NCBI GenBank assembly: GCA_965248435.1
Contig: OZ252100.1
Span: 4,000,001-4,064,000 of the forward strand
Direction of reading: 5' to 3'
DNA from: Candidatus Latescibacterota bacterium
Lineage (GTDB): Bacteria; Latescibacterota; UBA2968; GCA-2709665
Length of the DNA: 64,000 nt
A model generated the notes under the pieces. That model was not told the DNA's origin and did not search any database. It worked only from the letters and a program-made list of their open reading frames with translations. The translations under genes were made by a program, and so were the position numbers. Within the stretch, counting starts at the first letter, position 1, and the number at the start of each line of letters is the position of its first letter. Positions 37,967 to 47,669 of the stretch are shown here, one piece after another.

Positions 37967-39896
37967 CAAATACGACACCATCTTTCTCCCTATCGACATA
38001 GATCAGTGCGGTCTGACTGCCAGAGAGTACATACTCTGTGTTTACGTGTTTTCGATACAGCACGGTTTGCCTGACGCGTTTGACATCTCCGGAATGCCCG
38101 GAGAAACGAAGTGCAGACAGGACCGAGGGCGGAAGGGAGGCAACTTCTCTCCCTTCGACTGTGACCCCCCGTTTGGAGGACAGGAGATCGATGATCAGTT
38201 CATCGTTCTTGTCCTCCTCGCCGATGAGGCGGATGAGGTGTTCGAAGTCCCGCGGCGCGTGTTCTCCCGGGGCACGTTTGGTCTCCAAAATGCGATGCGT
38301 TCGCGCGCTCGCGGCCCTCAGGGTCAATCTTCCACCCCGCGCTTCCGCAGGGATCGTCAGCTCGGTTTCGATGGTTTCGGGTGTGCCGAGGTAAGGATGG
38401 AGCACAACCGTAAGATGCACCTTGTCCCCCGGCTGGAAGCGGGCCTTCCTGAGGCGAATGGACTCGACGTGAGCGGCACGGATCGTTTCTTCGACTTCGA
38501 GATCGAAAACCACTTCCTCCAGGCGTACGGGTTCGAAGGGGTTTCGGATCAGGCGGCCCAGTTGAGAGGTCACACCCAGGACAGCCTCACCCAGGGCTCT
38601 TGGACCTGAAAAGATGTTGCTGAGTTCCAGGGGAGGATGTTCCGCCAGATGAATGCGCGATGTCGCTCGTATGGTGGCCTGCCCGAGGAGTTTTTCGGAT
38701 GAGATCAGGGCGTTTGTGACTGCCGCCCGCATCAGGAGGGGTGTGAAGTCTCGGTTTCGCAGAATCTCCATCTGAAAAGACTTGGTGCCCGCCGGAGAAC
38801 GAACCTCCACGCGCGTTGGAATCATTTCCGCCTCTTGGCCGACGATTCCAGCTATCCCTGGCGCCCTGTCCTGGAGGATGACGCCCATCGGCTTGGCGGC
38901 TGCTCCCAGTTTGAACGACAGCATCTGACTGGGAAGCACCTCGTGGATGAAGGCCGACGTCATCGGCATGGAGGTATTGCCCCCGAACAGCATCGGGTGC
39001 CCGAACCCGATAACACGGTCGCCCTCCCGGTAGGTCAGCGTACCGATGCCGGTGACACTCCAGTCGCCACGGACCAACTGGACGCCGAGCGCGGCCCCAG
39101 GCTCGAAGGGACCCGAGGCCAGTGTGGAGTCGGCTGTTCCGCCGCCCTGGACAGGAAGCAGTCCCATTCGGAGGAATTCCTGGCGCAGGTCAGAGACGAC
39201 CCGGGGCGAAAATCCGGACATGGCCAGCGGGGTGGCAACAGGTTTAAGACCGCCCGGTTCAGGCAGCGATAGATCCGTCAGATCTGGATTCGAATCCTCT
39301 TCCGAAATCATCCATGTATCCGGGCCTCCCACGGCGCTTGTCGCATCCGATGGGCGTTCGAGCACCGCTTTCATTTCAGCAATCGGCGTGATGCCGGCGA
39401 TCGGCTCCTTCGAAAAGGCGCCGAAGCTGTAGGCGACGGCCCCGATCAACTTGCCGTCGATGTAGACCGGACTGCCACTCATTCCGGCGATGACGCCTGT
39501 GTGTTCCAGGGGACCCCCGGAGAGTCGGGCCAGGATAATGTCCCTGCCTGGGCCGAAGACATTGTGCAGGACGCCGAGGACCTCCGCTCCGAAAGTGTCG
39601 ATTCGGGAACCCTGGAAGACGGTTCGCCCCACGCCGACCAATCCACGCCGAAGCTGGTCGACCGGCATGTGTGCATCCGGTTCCAGATCGGATGCCTGAG
39701 CAGGGGACACGAGGAGCCCCAGGCAAAGGAGGATCACTGAGATTCTGTGGATCGTGGATCGTGGATCGTGGATCGTCGTTCGATTTCGGATTGCGGATTG
39801 CGGATTGCGGATTGAAAGGCATTGCTCGCAGCAGAGCCGTTTGGAAAACCCGTGAATCGTCATATTCATCCCGGAGACCGGATTCGTTGCTGGCAT
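37932..39896 (-). CDS. SpoIVB-like peptidase S55 family protein, secreted
   Basis: AGMSGSPVYIDGKLIGAV and GIGTLTY...GFGHP motifs; start uncertain because repeats lie in the 5' end. Confidence 0.85.
   Translation of the reverse strand: MPATNPVSGMNMTIHGFSKRLCCEQCLSIRNPQSAIRNRTTIHDPRSTIHRISVILLCLGLLVSPAQASDLEPDAHMPVDQLRRGLVGVGRTVFQGSRIDTFGAEVLGVLHNVFGPGRDIILARLSGGPLEHTGVIAGMSGSPVYIDGKLIGAVAYSFGAFSKEPIAGITPIAEMKAVLERPSDATSAVGGPDTWMISEEDSNPDLTDLSLPEPGGLKPVATPLAMSGFSPRVVSDLRQEFLRMGLLPVQGGGTADSTLASGPFEPGAALGVQLVRGDWSVTGIGTLTYREGDRVIGFGHPMLFGGNTSMPMTSAFIHEVLPSQMLSFKLGAAAKPMGVILQDRAPGIAGIVGQEAEMIPTRVEVRSPAGTKSFQMEILRNRDFTPLLMRAAVTNALISSEKLLGQATIRATSRIHLAEHPPLELSNIFSGPRALGEAVLGVTSQLGRLIRNPFEPVRLEEVVFDLEVEETIRAAHVESIRLRKARFQPGDKVHLTVVLHPYLGTPETIETELTIPAEARGGRLTLRAASARTHRILETKRAPGEHAPRDFEHLIRLIGEEDKNDELIIDLLSSKRGVTVEGREVASLPPSVLSALRFSGHSGDVKRVRQTVLYRKHVNTEYVLSGSQTALIYVDREKDGVVFDEKAGPSRDKN
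39746..39813. repeat. Heptamer tandem repeats (GTGGATC x4, TTGCGGA x3) inside the 5' end of the S55 gene
   Basis: Direct reading; translates as IRNPQSAIRN...IHDPRSTIH. Confidence 0.85.
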
Positions 39897-40033
39897 CTCT
39901 TGATCTTCTATTCGGAGGTGAGTCCCAGCCTTATTTTTGAGGTATCTCCCTTTAAGTACACCTTATTATACCGGTTTTTATAATCCCGAACAAGACCCTT
40001 GTATACGGCATCTTTACTCATTATACTGCACAG

Positions 40034-40504
40034 ATGCGGATCACCCTGCTCACTGTCGGCCGGTGCCGGACCGCCTACCTGGAAGAGGGTGCTGCCGACT
40101 ATGCGAGGCGAATCGGGAGATATGCCACACTGGAGCAGGTGGTCGTGAAGGAGGAACGTGGGCAGAAGGGCAGGCTGAGCGAGGATATCACTCGGAAGGA
40201 GGGAACGCGTCTGCTGGATGCCGTTCATGGAAACGCGTTCCTTGTCGCGCTGGATCGCTCGGGCCAGGCATGCACCTCGGATGATCTGGCGGCGCGGATC
40301 TCTGAGCTGGGTTTAGCCGGACGGAGTCGGATGGCGTTTGTGATCGGAGGCGCGTTCGGCCTTGCCCAGGAGGTCTTGAAGCGCGCGGATTGGCGTCTCT
40401 CAATTTCATCCATGACGTATACGCACGAGATGACCCGATTGGTGATCCTCGAACAAATCTACCGGGCATTCACTATTCTGAGGGGGGAGCCTTACCACAA
40501 ATAG
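40034..40504 (+). CDS. rlmH: 23S rRNA (pseudouridine1915-N3)-methyltransferase
   Basis: FVIGGAFG, TYTHEMTRLVILEQIYRAFTILRGEPYHK. Confidence 0.95.
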   Translation: MRITLLTVGRCRTAYLEEGAADYARRIGRYATLEQVVVKEERGQKGRLSEDITRKEGTRLLDAVHGNAFLVALDRSGQACTSDDLAARISELGLAGRSRMAFVIGGAFGLAQEVLKRADWRLSISSMTYTHEMTRLVILEQIYRAFTILRGEPYHK

Positions 40505-40558
40505 GTTTTCTACGCCGGAGGCGAAACTTCCTGCCCGGTACTGAGTTCAATCCGAAGC

Positions 40559-40901
40559 AAAAATAGCCCGGGGGAGAGGACGTCGAACAGCCGGGGAGAG
40601 ATGATTCCTTAGCCAGGAATCCGGCTGCTCGGGCCTGTCAGCCCCCGGGCTTTGCCACGGGCGGAATCAAACAGAGGAAACCACGACCTGAAGACTCTGG
40701 TGGGAAAGAAGATTTATGAAACCGGCACTTCTGTCGATTTGGCCTCCAAAAGGGCCAGACCAACGATCCAGCGGGGAAGAGAAACGGAGCAACTGAGGGA
40801 AGGGAGATTCCAGGCGCCACGGTCGATCGCCTGACTCATCCCAGGGGTCGGGATGATTGTCAGAGATACTGACACGGCGCAACGAGGGGATCCTCGCAAG
40901 C
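40559..40901 (-). ncRNA. Candidate structured non-coding RNA (about 340 nt), family not recognised
   Basis: Own sigma-70 promoter, four adjacent 5' hairpins, 87-nt terminal stem-loop followed by a U tract, no credible ORF. Confidence 0.55.
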
Positions 40902-40907
40902 AGGATT

Positions 40908-40936
40908 AAGATAAGCCACTGTTTTTGTTGAGTCAA
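40908..40936 (-). promoter_or_regulatory. Sigma-70 promoter, minus strand
   Basis: TTGACT (40936-40931), 17 bp, TATCTT (40913-40908). Confidence 0.65.
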
Positions 40937-41021
40937 GAGGAAAACCCGTGGATCGTCTCAGTTTTAGCCGGAGCCCGGATTCAGGTTTATATTATCTTCG
41001 GATATCTATCATATAAAGGAG

Positions 41022-42110
41022 TTGGCCCCACAAACTCTGCAACACGAGGCTGAATTGGTGGACCACAAGCTGAGAGTCGGGATTGTTGGCGTCGGCGGCA
41101 TCGCCCGCACACATCTCCCCGGATGGGAAGCTTCAGAGCACGCTGAAGTGGTGTCGGGGTGCGATATCGACGTGTCTGTGATCAACGCGTGGGGAAAACG
41201 GCACGAGATCGCAAAGGTGACGACCGACCCGGACGCCCTTTTCAGCGACTCGAAGGTCGATCTGATCGATATCTGCACGCCGAACGTATCCCACGCCGAT
41301 CTCGTGATCGCAGCGCTGGAAGCTGGAAAACACGTGCTTTGCGAGAAGCCTCTGGCACCGACGCCGGAGGCCATCCGGAGGATCATGGATGCAGAGGAGA
41401 GATCCGCGGGGAAGCTGATGACGGCTCAGCATTATCGATTCGAGGGGACGTCGAAGGCCCTGAAAACGGAGATCGAAACGGGTGTCCTGGGTGACATCTA
41501 CCACGCAAGGAGCTGGCTGCTGCGTCGCGCGTCCATGATCACGAGGCCTGGTTTCACGCAGAAGGAACTGAGCGGCGGGGGCGCCTGCATCGACATCGGG
41601 GTGCACGTGCTGGACCTTACGCTCTGGTTTATGGGCTTTCCGAAGGCGACCTGCGTGACCGGTGTCGCACGGTCCGAACTTTCCAAGCAGGAGGGTGCTT
41701 TCCTCAACAATAAGGTTGTGATCCCTCCGGGAATGGACGTGGAAGAGTTCGCGGCCGCCTTCGTCCGGTTCGAGAACGGCGCCACCCTGATCCTGGAGGT
41801 CAGCTGGCTGCTCCACCACGACGTGCCAGGCGAAGACCCTCAGATCTGGCTCTACGGGAGCCGGGGGGGATGCCACTGGCCGCGATGCGAGATGTATGAA
41901 TCCAACACCGCTGCCCGGCAACATTACAACCGTAGCCTCAAATTGACGAATGAGAAGCTGGAGGCGCACGCCCTGGAGTGCGTTGAATTCGCGCAGGCCA
42001 TCGTGGACGGCGCGCCGTCTCCTGTTCCTGCATCGCAGTCGCTTCAGGTTTTGAAGATCCTCGACGGGGTCTACCGAAGCCAGGAGAGTGGCCATGAGGT
42101 GAAGATCTAA
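41022..42110 (+). CDS. Gfo/Idh/MocA family oxidoreductase
   Basis: VGIVGVGGIA, ICTPN..H, HVLCEKP, GGACIDIGVH; alternative GTG start at 41058. Confidence 0.93.
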   Translation: MAPQTLQHEAELVDHKLRVGIVGVGGIARTHLPGWEASEHAEVVSGCDIDVSVINAWGKRHEIAKVTTDPDALFSDSKVDLIDICTPNVSHADLVIAALEAGKHVLCEKPLAPTPEAIRRIMDAEERSAGKLMTAQHYRFEGTSKALKTEIETGVLGDIYHARSWLLRRASMITRPGFTQKELSGGGACIDIGVHVLDLTLWFMGFPKATCVTGVARSELSKQEGAFLNNKVVIPPGMDVEEFAAAFVRFENGATLILEVSWLLHHDVPGEDPQIWLYGSRGGCHWPRCEMYESNTAARQHYNRSLKLTNEKLEAHALECVEFAQAIVDGAPSPVPASQSLQVLKILDGVYRSQESGHEVKI

Positions 42111-42124
42111 GAATCAGTAAGAGC

Positions 42125-42189
42125 TGGAGTAATGGAGTAATGGAGCAATGGACCCCAATACTCCAACACTCCAGTACCGCAATACTCCA
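42125..42189. repeat. Inverted octamer tandem repeats
   Basis: (TGGAGTAA)n facing (ATACTCCA)n. Confidence 0.75.
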
Positions 42190-42223
42190 GGATCGCTGAA
42201 AAGTTCGAGTAACGGAGAAGTGA

Positions 42224-43576
42224 TTGCCTAATACTCTGAACATCACCGAAGCAACAAAAGAGATCCGTGAGGGTCGCCTGTCTCCGGTCGACCTCGTTCA
42301 GGCCTGTCTGCGCAGGATCGATGCCCTGGAGGAACGGGTGCGTGCCTGGGTGACCGTCGACCGGGAGGGGGCGGAAGCACAGGCCCGCCACCTGGAGGAG
42401 GAGCTGGCACACGGGCGCTGGTACGGTCCCCTGCACGGGATTCCTGTCGGGATCAAAGATATTATGTATACAAAGGGGCTCCGAACCAGCGCCGGCTCGA
42501 AGTTCCTTGCGGATTTCGTACCTGACTACGACGCGACGGTGGTCGCAAGGCTGCGCAGCGCCGGGGCGATCATCCTCGGAAAGACCGTGACGACAGAGTT
42601 CGCCTGCTTCGATCCGGCGGAAACGCGAAACCCCTGGAACCTGGCGCATACGCCGGGGGGCTCAAGCAGCGGATCGGCAGCGGCCGTCGCCAGCCGGATG
42701 TGCCCCGCGGCGCTTGGATCACAAACGGGCGGATCGATCAGTCGACCCGCAGCCTACTGCGGGATCACCGGGATCAAGCCCACGCACGGACGAGTGAGCG
42801 TCTACGGCGTTCTTCCCGTGAGCTTTCATCTCGACCACGTGGGGCCGCTTTGTCGATCGGTGGCGGACGGCGCCATCCTGCTCGAGGCGATCGCGGGCGC
42901 GGATTCGAAAGATCCATTCTGCTCGGACGCTCCCGAAACCTATTTCGGTGCTTCCCTCGAAAAGGGCGCGGAACATCCTCCTCGGATCGGGCTGGTCCGT
43001 CCCTACTTCGGACAGAAGGCCGATGCTGTGATCCGTGAGGCCATCAACAAGGCCGTCTCGCTTTTTGGCGAGGGAGGGGCGAAGGTGAGTGAGGTCGGTC
43101 TGCCGGACTCCTTTGGCGAGGTTCATCGAATGCATAAGGTCATCATGTCTACAGATGCCGCCGACGTCCACGCCAAGCGGTTCCATCAGGCGGCGGACGG
43201 GTTCGGTCCTTCGATCCGAGCCATGATTCAGGAGGGGCTTCAAATCTCCGGCGTGGCTTATGCGGAAGCCCTGAGACATCAGCTGAAGTTCCGAAGGGAG
43301 ATTCGGTCGGTGTTCTCGGACGTGGACTGCCTGCTCACGCCTGCCACGCCTGCTCCAGCTCCCGAGGGGCTCGAGTCTACGGGTGATCCCTCGTTCAATT
43401 CTCCCTGGAGCTACTGTGGTCACCCTACGGTGGTCCTTCCCGTCTCTGAATCCGATCAGGGTTTACCTGCAGCCGTTCAACTGACCGGTCGGCCTTATGA
43501 CGAGGCCGGCCTGCTGGCCGCTTCGCGCTGGTGTGAGCAGCTCCTCGGATGGCAGTCCTCTCCTGAACTTTTTTAG
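42224..43576 (+). CDS. Amidase signature family enzyme
   Basis: GPLHGIPVGIKD, PGGSSSGSAAAV, GSQTGGSISRPA. Confidence 0.93.
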   Translation: MPNTLNITEATKEIREGRLSPVDLVQACLRRIDALEERVRAWVTVDREGAEAQARHLEEELAHGRWYGPLHGIPVGIKDIMYTKGLRTSAGSKFLADFVPDYDATVVARLRSAGAIILGKTVTTEFACFDPAETRNPWNLAHTPGGSSSGSAAAVASRMCPAALGSQTGGSISRPAAYCGITGIKPTHGRVSVYGVLPVSFHLDHVGPLCRSVADGAILLEAIAGADSKDPFCSDAPETYFGASLEKGAEHPPRIGLVRPYFGQKADAVIREAINKAVSLFGEGGAKVSEVGLPDSFGEVHRMHKVIMSTDAADVHAKRFHQAADGFGPSIRAMIQEGLQISGVAYAEALRHQLKFRREIRSVFSDVDCLLTPATPAPAPEGLESTGDPSFNSPWSYCGHPTVVLPVSESDQGLPAAVQLTGRPYDEAGLLAASRWCEQLLGWQSSPELF

Positions 43577-43591
43577 GAATTCCCATTCGGT

Positions 43592-44788
43592 ATGACCGTG
43601 CGTGTCGTCGTTTCGTGCGTCTTCCTTCTCGTTCACGCCTCCAGGACAGAAGGAAACCCGGGCAGAAGGCTGGCCTCACTCGACGGCCTAGAGCGTATCC
43701 ATAACGAGGAATTCTCTCGAGCCCACGCGATCTACGATTCTCTGATCGCGGCCGATCCTGATCGTCCAGAGGGATACCTCGGGAAGGCCCTCGCGTACTG
43801 GGACGAAGGCCTGATCCTTGAGGATGGCGAGCGGTTCGACCGGGAGACCCACCGCTTCCTCGAAGAGATGATCCGGGTTTCGGAGAAAGATGTGGAGAGG
43901 CGGGGCGAGAGTGCCGAGATGATGTTCTGGCTGGGGAGTGCCTACGGCCTTCGCTCTACCCTGGCGATGGTTCGGGGTCGGGTGCTGGAAGGGGTCACGG
44001 ACGGCCTGAAGAGTCGAGCATTCCTCCGGAGGTCCGTTGAGCTCGATCCTGACCTGGTTGACGCCCATTTCGGGCTGGGCCTGATGGACTACGTGGTATC
44101 CAGGAAGCCGAGGATTCTGAGGTTTGTTTCACGGCTCCTTTCTTTGCCCGAGGGGGACCGGGAGGCGGGCCTCGCAGCGATTGGAAGGGCGGCGAAGGAG
44201 GGAACGTATTGCAGGAGCCACGCGATTTCCAGCCGGGCGTTCATCGAGCTTTATTATGAGAAGGATCCCGCGGAGGCGCTGCTCCGATTCGCCCAGCTTC
44301 TTGAGCGATATCCGAACAGCCTGGACTTTCGAATTCGTTACCTGGACGCGGCATTCTCGCTCGCACAGAGAGGTCGGACGAGAACCCGGCACGGCCTGAT
44401 CGACTCGGCGCGATCGGTGAGGAAGATTGCGAACGAACGTGGATGGACACTGGAACGATGGACCCGGACCAAGCTGATTTTCATCGAAGGGTTCGGGCAC
44501 TACTCAAACGCGGCGTTCGAACCGGCGAAGGAATTCATGAAGCGCTATGTACAGGAAGCGGATGACAAGAGCTGGCTGTTGGGCCCGGCCCAGCTGATTC
44601 TGGGCAAGCTGTCGGACATTGAGGGTGACCGACCGGCTGCAATCGAGCGATATCAACGCGCCCTGAAGCGAGAAAACGTGTGGGGAACCCACGCGGAGGC
44701 CAGGATCTACATGAAGCGGCCGTATACCGGAAGAGAGACGTTCTCGAGACCGCACGACCTTGTCCGGCGGTATCCTGAACGGCCGTGA
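43592..44788 (+). CDS. Secreted TPR-like helical repeat protein
   Basis: Signal-like N-terminus; TPR-like segments (VELDPDLVDAHFGLG, LLERYPNS). Confidence 0.7.
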   Translation: MTVRVVVSCVFLLVHASRTEGNPGRRLASLDGLERIHNEEFSRAHAIYDSLIAADPDRPEGYLGKALAYWDEGLILEDGERFDRETHRFLEEMIRVSEKDVERRGESAEMMFWLGSAYGLRSTLAMVRGRVLEGVTDGLKSRAFLRRSVELDPDLVDAHFGLGLMDYVVSRKPRILRFVSRLLSLPEGDREAGLAAIGRAAKEGTYCRSHAISSRAFIELYYEKDPAEALLRFAQLLERYPNSLDFRIRYLDAAFSLAQRGRTRTRHGLIDSARSVRKIANERGWTLERWTRTKLIFIEGFGHYSNAAFEPAKEFMKRYVQEADDKSWLLGPAQLILGKLSDIEGDRPAAIERYQRALKRENVWGTHAEARIYMKRPYTGRETFSRPHDLVRRYPERP

Positions 44789-44806
44789 GACTCTGCAACA
44801 AGACCA

Positions 44807-45832
44807 CTAGTCTTCAGGTGCCCGGTCCAGACTCCCACCCCTGTAGATGATATCTTTGAGGTCGTCCTCTTCATCGAGCACGACCGTGAGCGCGAAGGGC
44901 GTTCGGTCGAAGAATTCCGGATTGTGGTCGAGTGCGAGCCTGGCTGCCCAGTTGCCGAGCCAGCCGAGTCCTACGGGCTGAACGACGAACTGAAGGTCTT
45001 GAATCACCAGCGTCGTCAGGCCATCGACCGCGGATGCCTCGAAGACCGGGAACCGCGCGAACCACCGGTAGATCCTGCCCGCTTTTGTCTTCCAAAGGGC
45101 GTCCAGGCGGGCATCTGACAGGGCGGAGGTGTAGACGAGCTCGTCATCCTGCACGTAACCCGAGGCAGAGAGCGGCAAATACCAGACGCGATCGCCGCTC
45201 GTGACGAGGGCGCGCCGATGAAGGGGCGAGAAGGGCGTCGGCATGATTGCGACCCTGTCGGGCAGGATGCTGTGGTTCTCGAACCAGCGGTGGATGTGAT
45301 GATAGCTCAGGAGGCTGACAGCGACGTTAAGAAACAGATAACAGCCGAAGACGGCCGCACCCAGACGATAACCGAAGCCGAGCTTCCGCCAGTTCACCCA
45401 TCCGAGGAGGAGTCCGCCGATCACGATGATGTCCAGGTAGGGATCGATGATGAAGAGGATGTCGAAAGAGACACGGAGGTTCGAGAAGGGATGGAAGATC
45501 ATCGTGCCGTAGGACGTGGCGAGGTCGAAGAGGATGTGGATCAAAAGGCCGAAGAGTCCCACCGCGTAGACCTTTGGGAATGAGAATTTTCGAAGTCCCG
45601 CGCGTCGCGCGACCCAGGCCAGCGCAAGCGCCCCGATCGCCACACCGAAGAACGAGTGTGTGATCCCCCGATGGGTCTCCAGCCGATCCAGCGCGTCTCC
45701 GGGGAAAAAGACGTCCAGATCGGGCAGGACGCTGGCGATGGTCACGAGGTTGACGAGGGCGCGGCTCTGCTGTTCGGGCCAGACGGCGCGCGCGATCAAT
45801 CTGCCGATGAGTGCGTGAGTCGGTGTATCCAT
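44807..45832 (-). CDS. Membrane-bound metal-dependent hydrolase (YdjM-like)
   Basis: MDTPTHAL, LPDLD, HRGITHS, HILFD.ATSYGT, FIIDP. Confidence 0.9.
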   Translation of the reverse strand: MDTPTHALIGRLIARAVWPEQQSRALVNLVTIASVLPDLDVFFPGDALDRLETHRGITHSFFGVAIGALALAWVARRAGLRKFSFPKVYAVGLFGLLIHILFDLATSYGTMIFHPFSNLRVSFDILFIIDPYLDIIVIGGLLLGWVNWRKLGFGYRLGAAVFGCYLFLNVAVSLLSYHHIHRWFENHSILPDRVAIMPTPFSPLHRRALVTSGDRVWYLPLSASGYVQDDELVYTSALSDARLDALWKTKAGRIYRWFARFPVFEASAVDGLTTLVIQDLQFVVQPVGLGWLGNWAARLALDHNPEFFDRTPFALTVVLDEEDDLKDIIYRGGSLDRAPED

Positions 45833-46055
45833 TTTCGTCGTTCGTTGATCGTCGCTCGAAAAAGCAAACCCTCAGCGCAGAGGCGCTGAGGTCGCAGAGA
45901 AAAACCGGGTACCGGGGAATCAAAACACGGGTACCGGGAAATCAAAACACGGGTACCGGGGAACCGAAACACGGGTACCGGGTACCGTAAACCGTTGTTC
46001 GTTGATCGTCGTTCGAAAGCACGATCTGTGATTCGTGAATCGTGGATCGTGCGAT
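45833..46055. repeat. Composite repeat region: 3.5 tandem 22-bp GGTACC units plus heptamer runs
   Basis: CGGGTACCGGG(G/A)AA(T/C)C(A/G)AAACA at 45906, 45928, 45950; flanked by CGTTGATCGTCG and CGTGGAT runs. Confidence 0.85.
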
Positions 46056-46169
46056 TGAAAGGAGGTCAAAATATATCCAAAGGTGAGCAGGACGCAAGGC
46101 TCCTGAAGCCTAATGTCCATCTTCAATGCCGAAGGGCACGGAATCGGGAAACTTTAGAAGGGGAAGGCT

Positions 46170-47669
46170 ATGCCGAACGCGATTGAGATGCGCCGGATTA
46201 CCAAGCGCTACGGCGCGCTCGTGGCGAACGATGAGATCGATCTCACTATTACCAGGGGAGAGATCCACGCGATCGTTGGCGAGAACGGGGCAGGAAAGAC
46301 TACGCTGATGCACGTGCTTTCAGGCCTGGTGCGCCCCGAAGAAGGGGAAGTGCGGGTGAACGGAGCCCCCATGCGTCTCGGGAATCCAGGCGCGTCCTCG
46401 GCGGCGGGCGTGGGGCTGGTCGCTCAGCATTTCTCGCTGGTCGCACCTTTCACGGCCTGGGAAAACGTGGTGTTGGGCGCAGAACCGGGTGGATGGGTCG
46501 GGCTGGACCGGGCTCGCGCGGTCGCGGAAACGGAGGCCCTGGCAGAGGAACTCGGGGTCGCTTTTCCGGTGGATCAGGCGGTGGAGGACCTTCCTGTCGG
46601 CGTGCGTCAGACGATCGAAATCATGAAGGCCCTTTACCGAGGGGCGAAGATCCTTGTTCTGGATGAGCCAACCTCCACACTCTCGCCCCCCGAGGCGGAA
46701 CGGCTTTTTGCCCTTATTCACAAACTGCGGGAGAGGGGGACTACGATCCTTCTGGTTACGCATCGGATCCAGGAAGTCCTGGATCATGCGATGAAGGCCA
46801 CAGTCCTGCGCGACGGCCGCGTCGCCCAGTGCTTCGACGGAGAAGAGATCGACTCAGAGATGCTGGTCGAGGCGATTCTGGGCGGGAGAGGAGTCCCGTT
46901 CGAGCAGGGTCGAGATCCCGTTAGATCGGACGAAACGCTCCTCGAAGTGGAGGGACTCACAACATCGTCGTCGGGACAGGTCAGACTGGAGGAACTCGAG
47001 CTCACCGTCAGACGCGGTGAGATTCTGGGGATCGCCGGGGTCGCGGGAAACGGCCAGCGCGCCCTCGCTGGCGCGATTGCCGGGACGCTACCGATCGAGT
47101 CGGGACAGATCAGGTTGGCCGGAAAAGAGATCACGCGAGCCTCGGTGGGTTCTCGCAGGATGGCCGGCCTGGCCTACATCCCGGAAGACAGACACACCGA
47201 CGGCATTATCGCAGATTTCACGGTCGCGGACAATCTGGTTCTCGGGCGCCAGAGGCAGTTTTTGCAAGTCTGGGGTCTGGACCGGGTCTCGATGGAGACC
47301 TACGCCCGCTCGCTGGTGGAGCGGTTCGATATTCGGTCGCAGGGCCTGCAGCAGCAGGCTCGGGATCTTTCGGGGGGAAACCAGCAGAAACTGGTCGTGG
47401 CCAGGGAGCTGGGGAGTGATCCTCTGTTTGTCGTGGCGGCCGACCCGACTCGAGGTTTGGACTTTGAATCTACGGCGTTTGTTCATCGAGCGTTGAAGTC
47501 GGTTCGGGATCAGGGGAGCAGTGCGCTCGTTTTTTCTTCCGATCTGGAAGAGCTGCTTTCTCTCTCGGACCGGGTCGCTGTGATCTATCGCGGACGGATC
47601 GTCGGCGTTCAGTCTCGGGAGGCCTTCGATGCCCCGGCGCTGGGGAGGCTCATGACGGGTGCGACATAA
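46170..47669 (+). CDS. ABC transporter ATP-binding protein (nucleoside/sugar CUT2 type)
   Basis: GENGAGKT, LVLDEPT, YIPEDR, LSGGNQQK. Confidence 0.93.
   Translation: MPNAIEMRRITKRYGALVANDEIDLTITRGEIHAIVGENGAGKTTLMHVLSGLVRPEEGEVRVNGAPMRLGNPGASSAAGVGLVAQHFSLVAPFTAWENVVLGAEPGGWVGLDRARAVAETEALAEELGVAFPVDQAVEDLPVGVRQTIEIMKALYRGAKILVLDEPTSTLSPPEAERLFALIHKLRERGTTILLVTHRIQEVLDHAMKATVLRDGRVAQCFDGEEIDSEMLVEAILGGRGVPFEQGRDPVRSDETLLEVEGLTTSSSGQVRLEELELTVRRGEILGIAGVAGNGQRALAGAIAGTLPIESGQIRLAGKEITRASVGSRRMAGLAYIPEDRHTDGIIADFTVADNLVLGRQRQFLQVWGLDRVSMETYARSLVERFDIRSQGLQQQARDLSGGNQQKLVVARELGSDPLFVVAADPTRGLDFESTAFVHRALKSVRDQGSSALVFSSDLEELLSLSDRVAVIYRGRIVGVQSREAFDAPALGRLMTGAT

Noticed and set aside
40638-40936. 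Short ORFs of 60-89 aa
   Set aside because: Weak starts, no RBS, no recognisable protein features.
40505-40940. RNase P RNA, tmRNA, SRP RNA or tRNA
   Set aside because: GAGGAAACC resembles but does not match GAGGAAAGTCC; no tRNA-like ends, no SRP helix-8 motif, no cloverleaf.
45906-45988. 22-bp repeats as a CRISPR array
   Set aside because: Units are contiguous with no unique spacers, and there are no cas genes.
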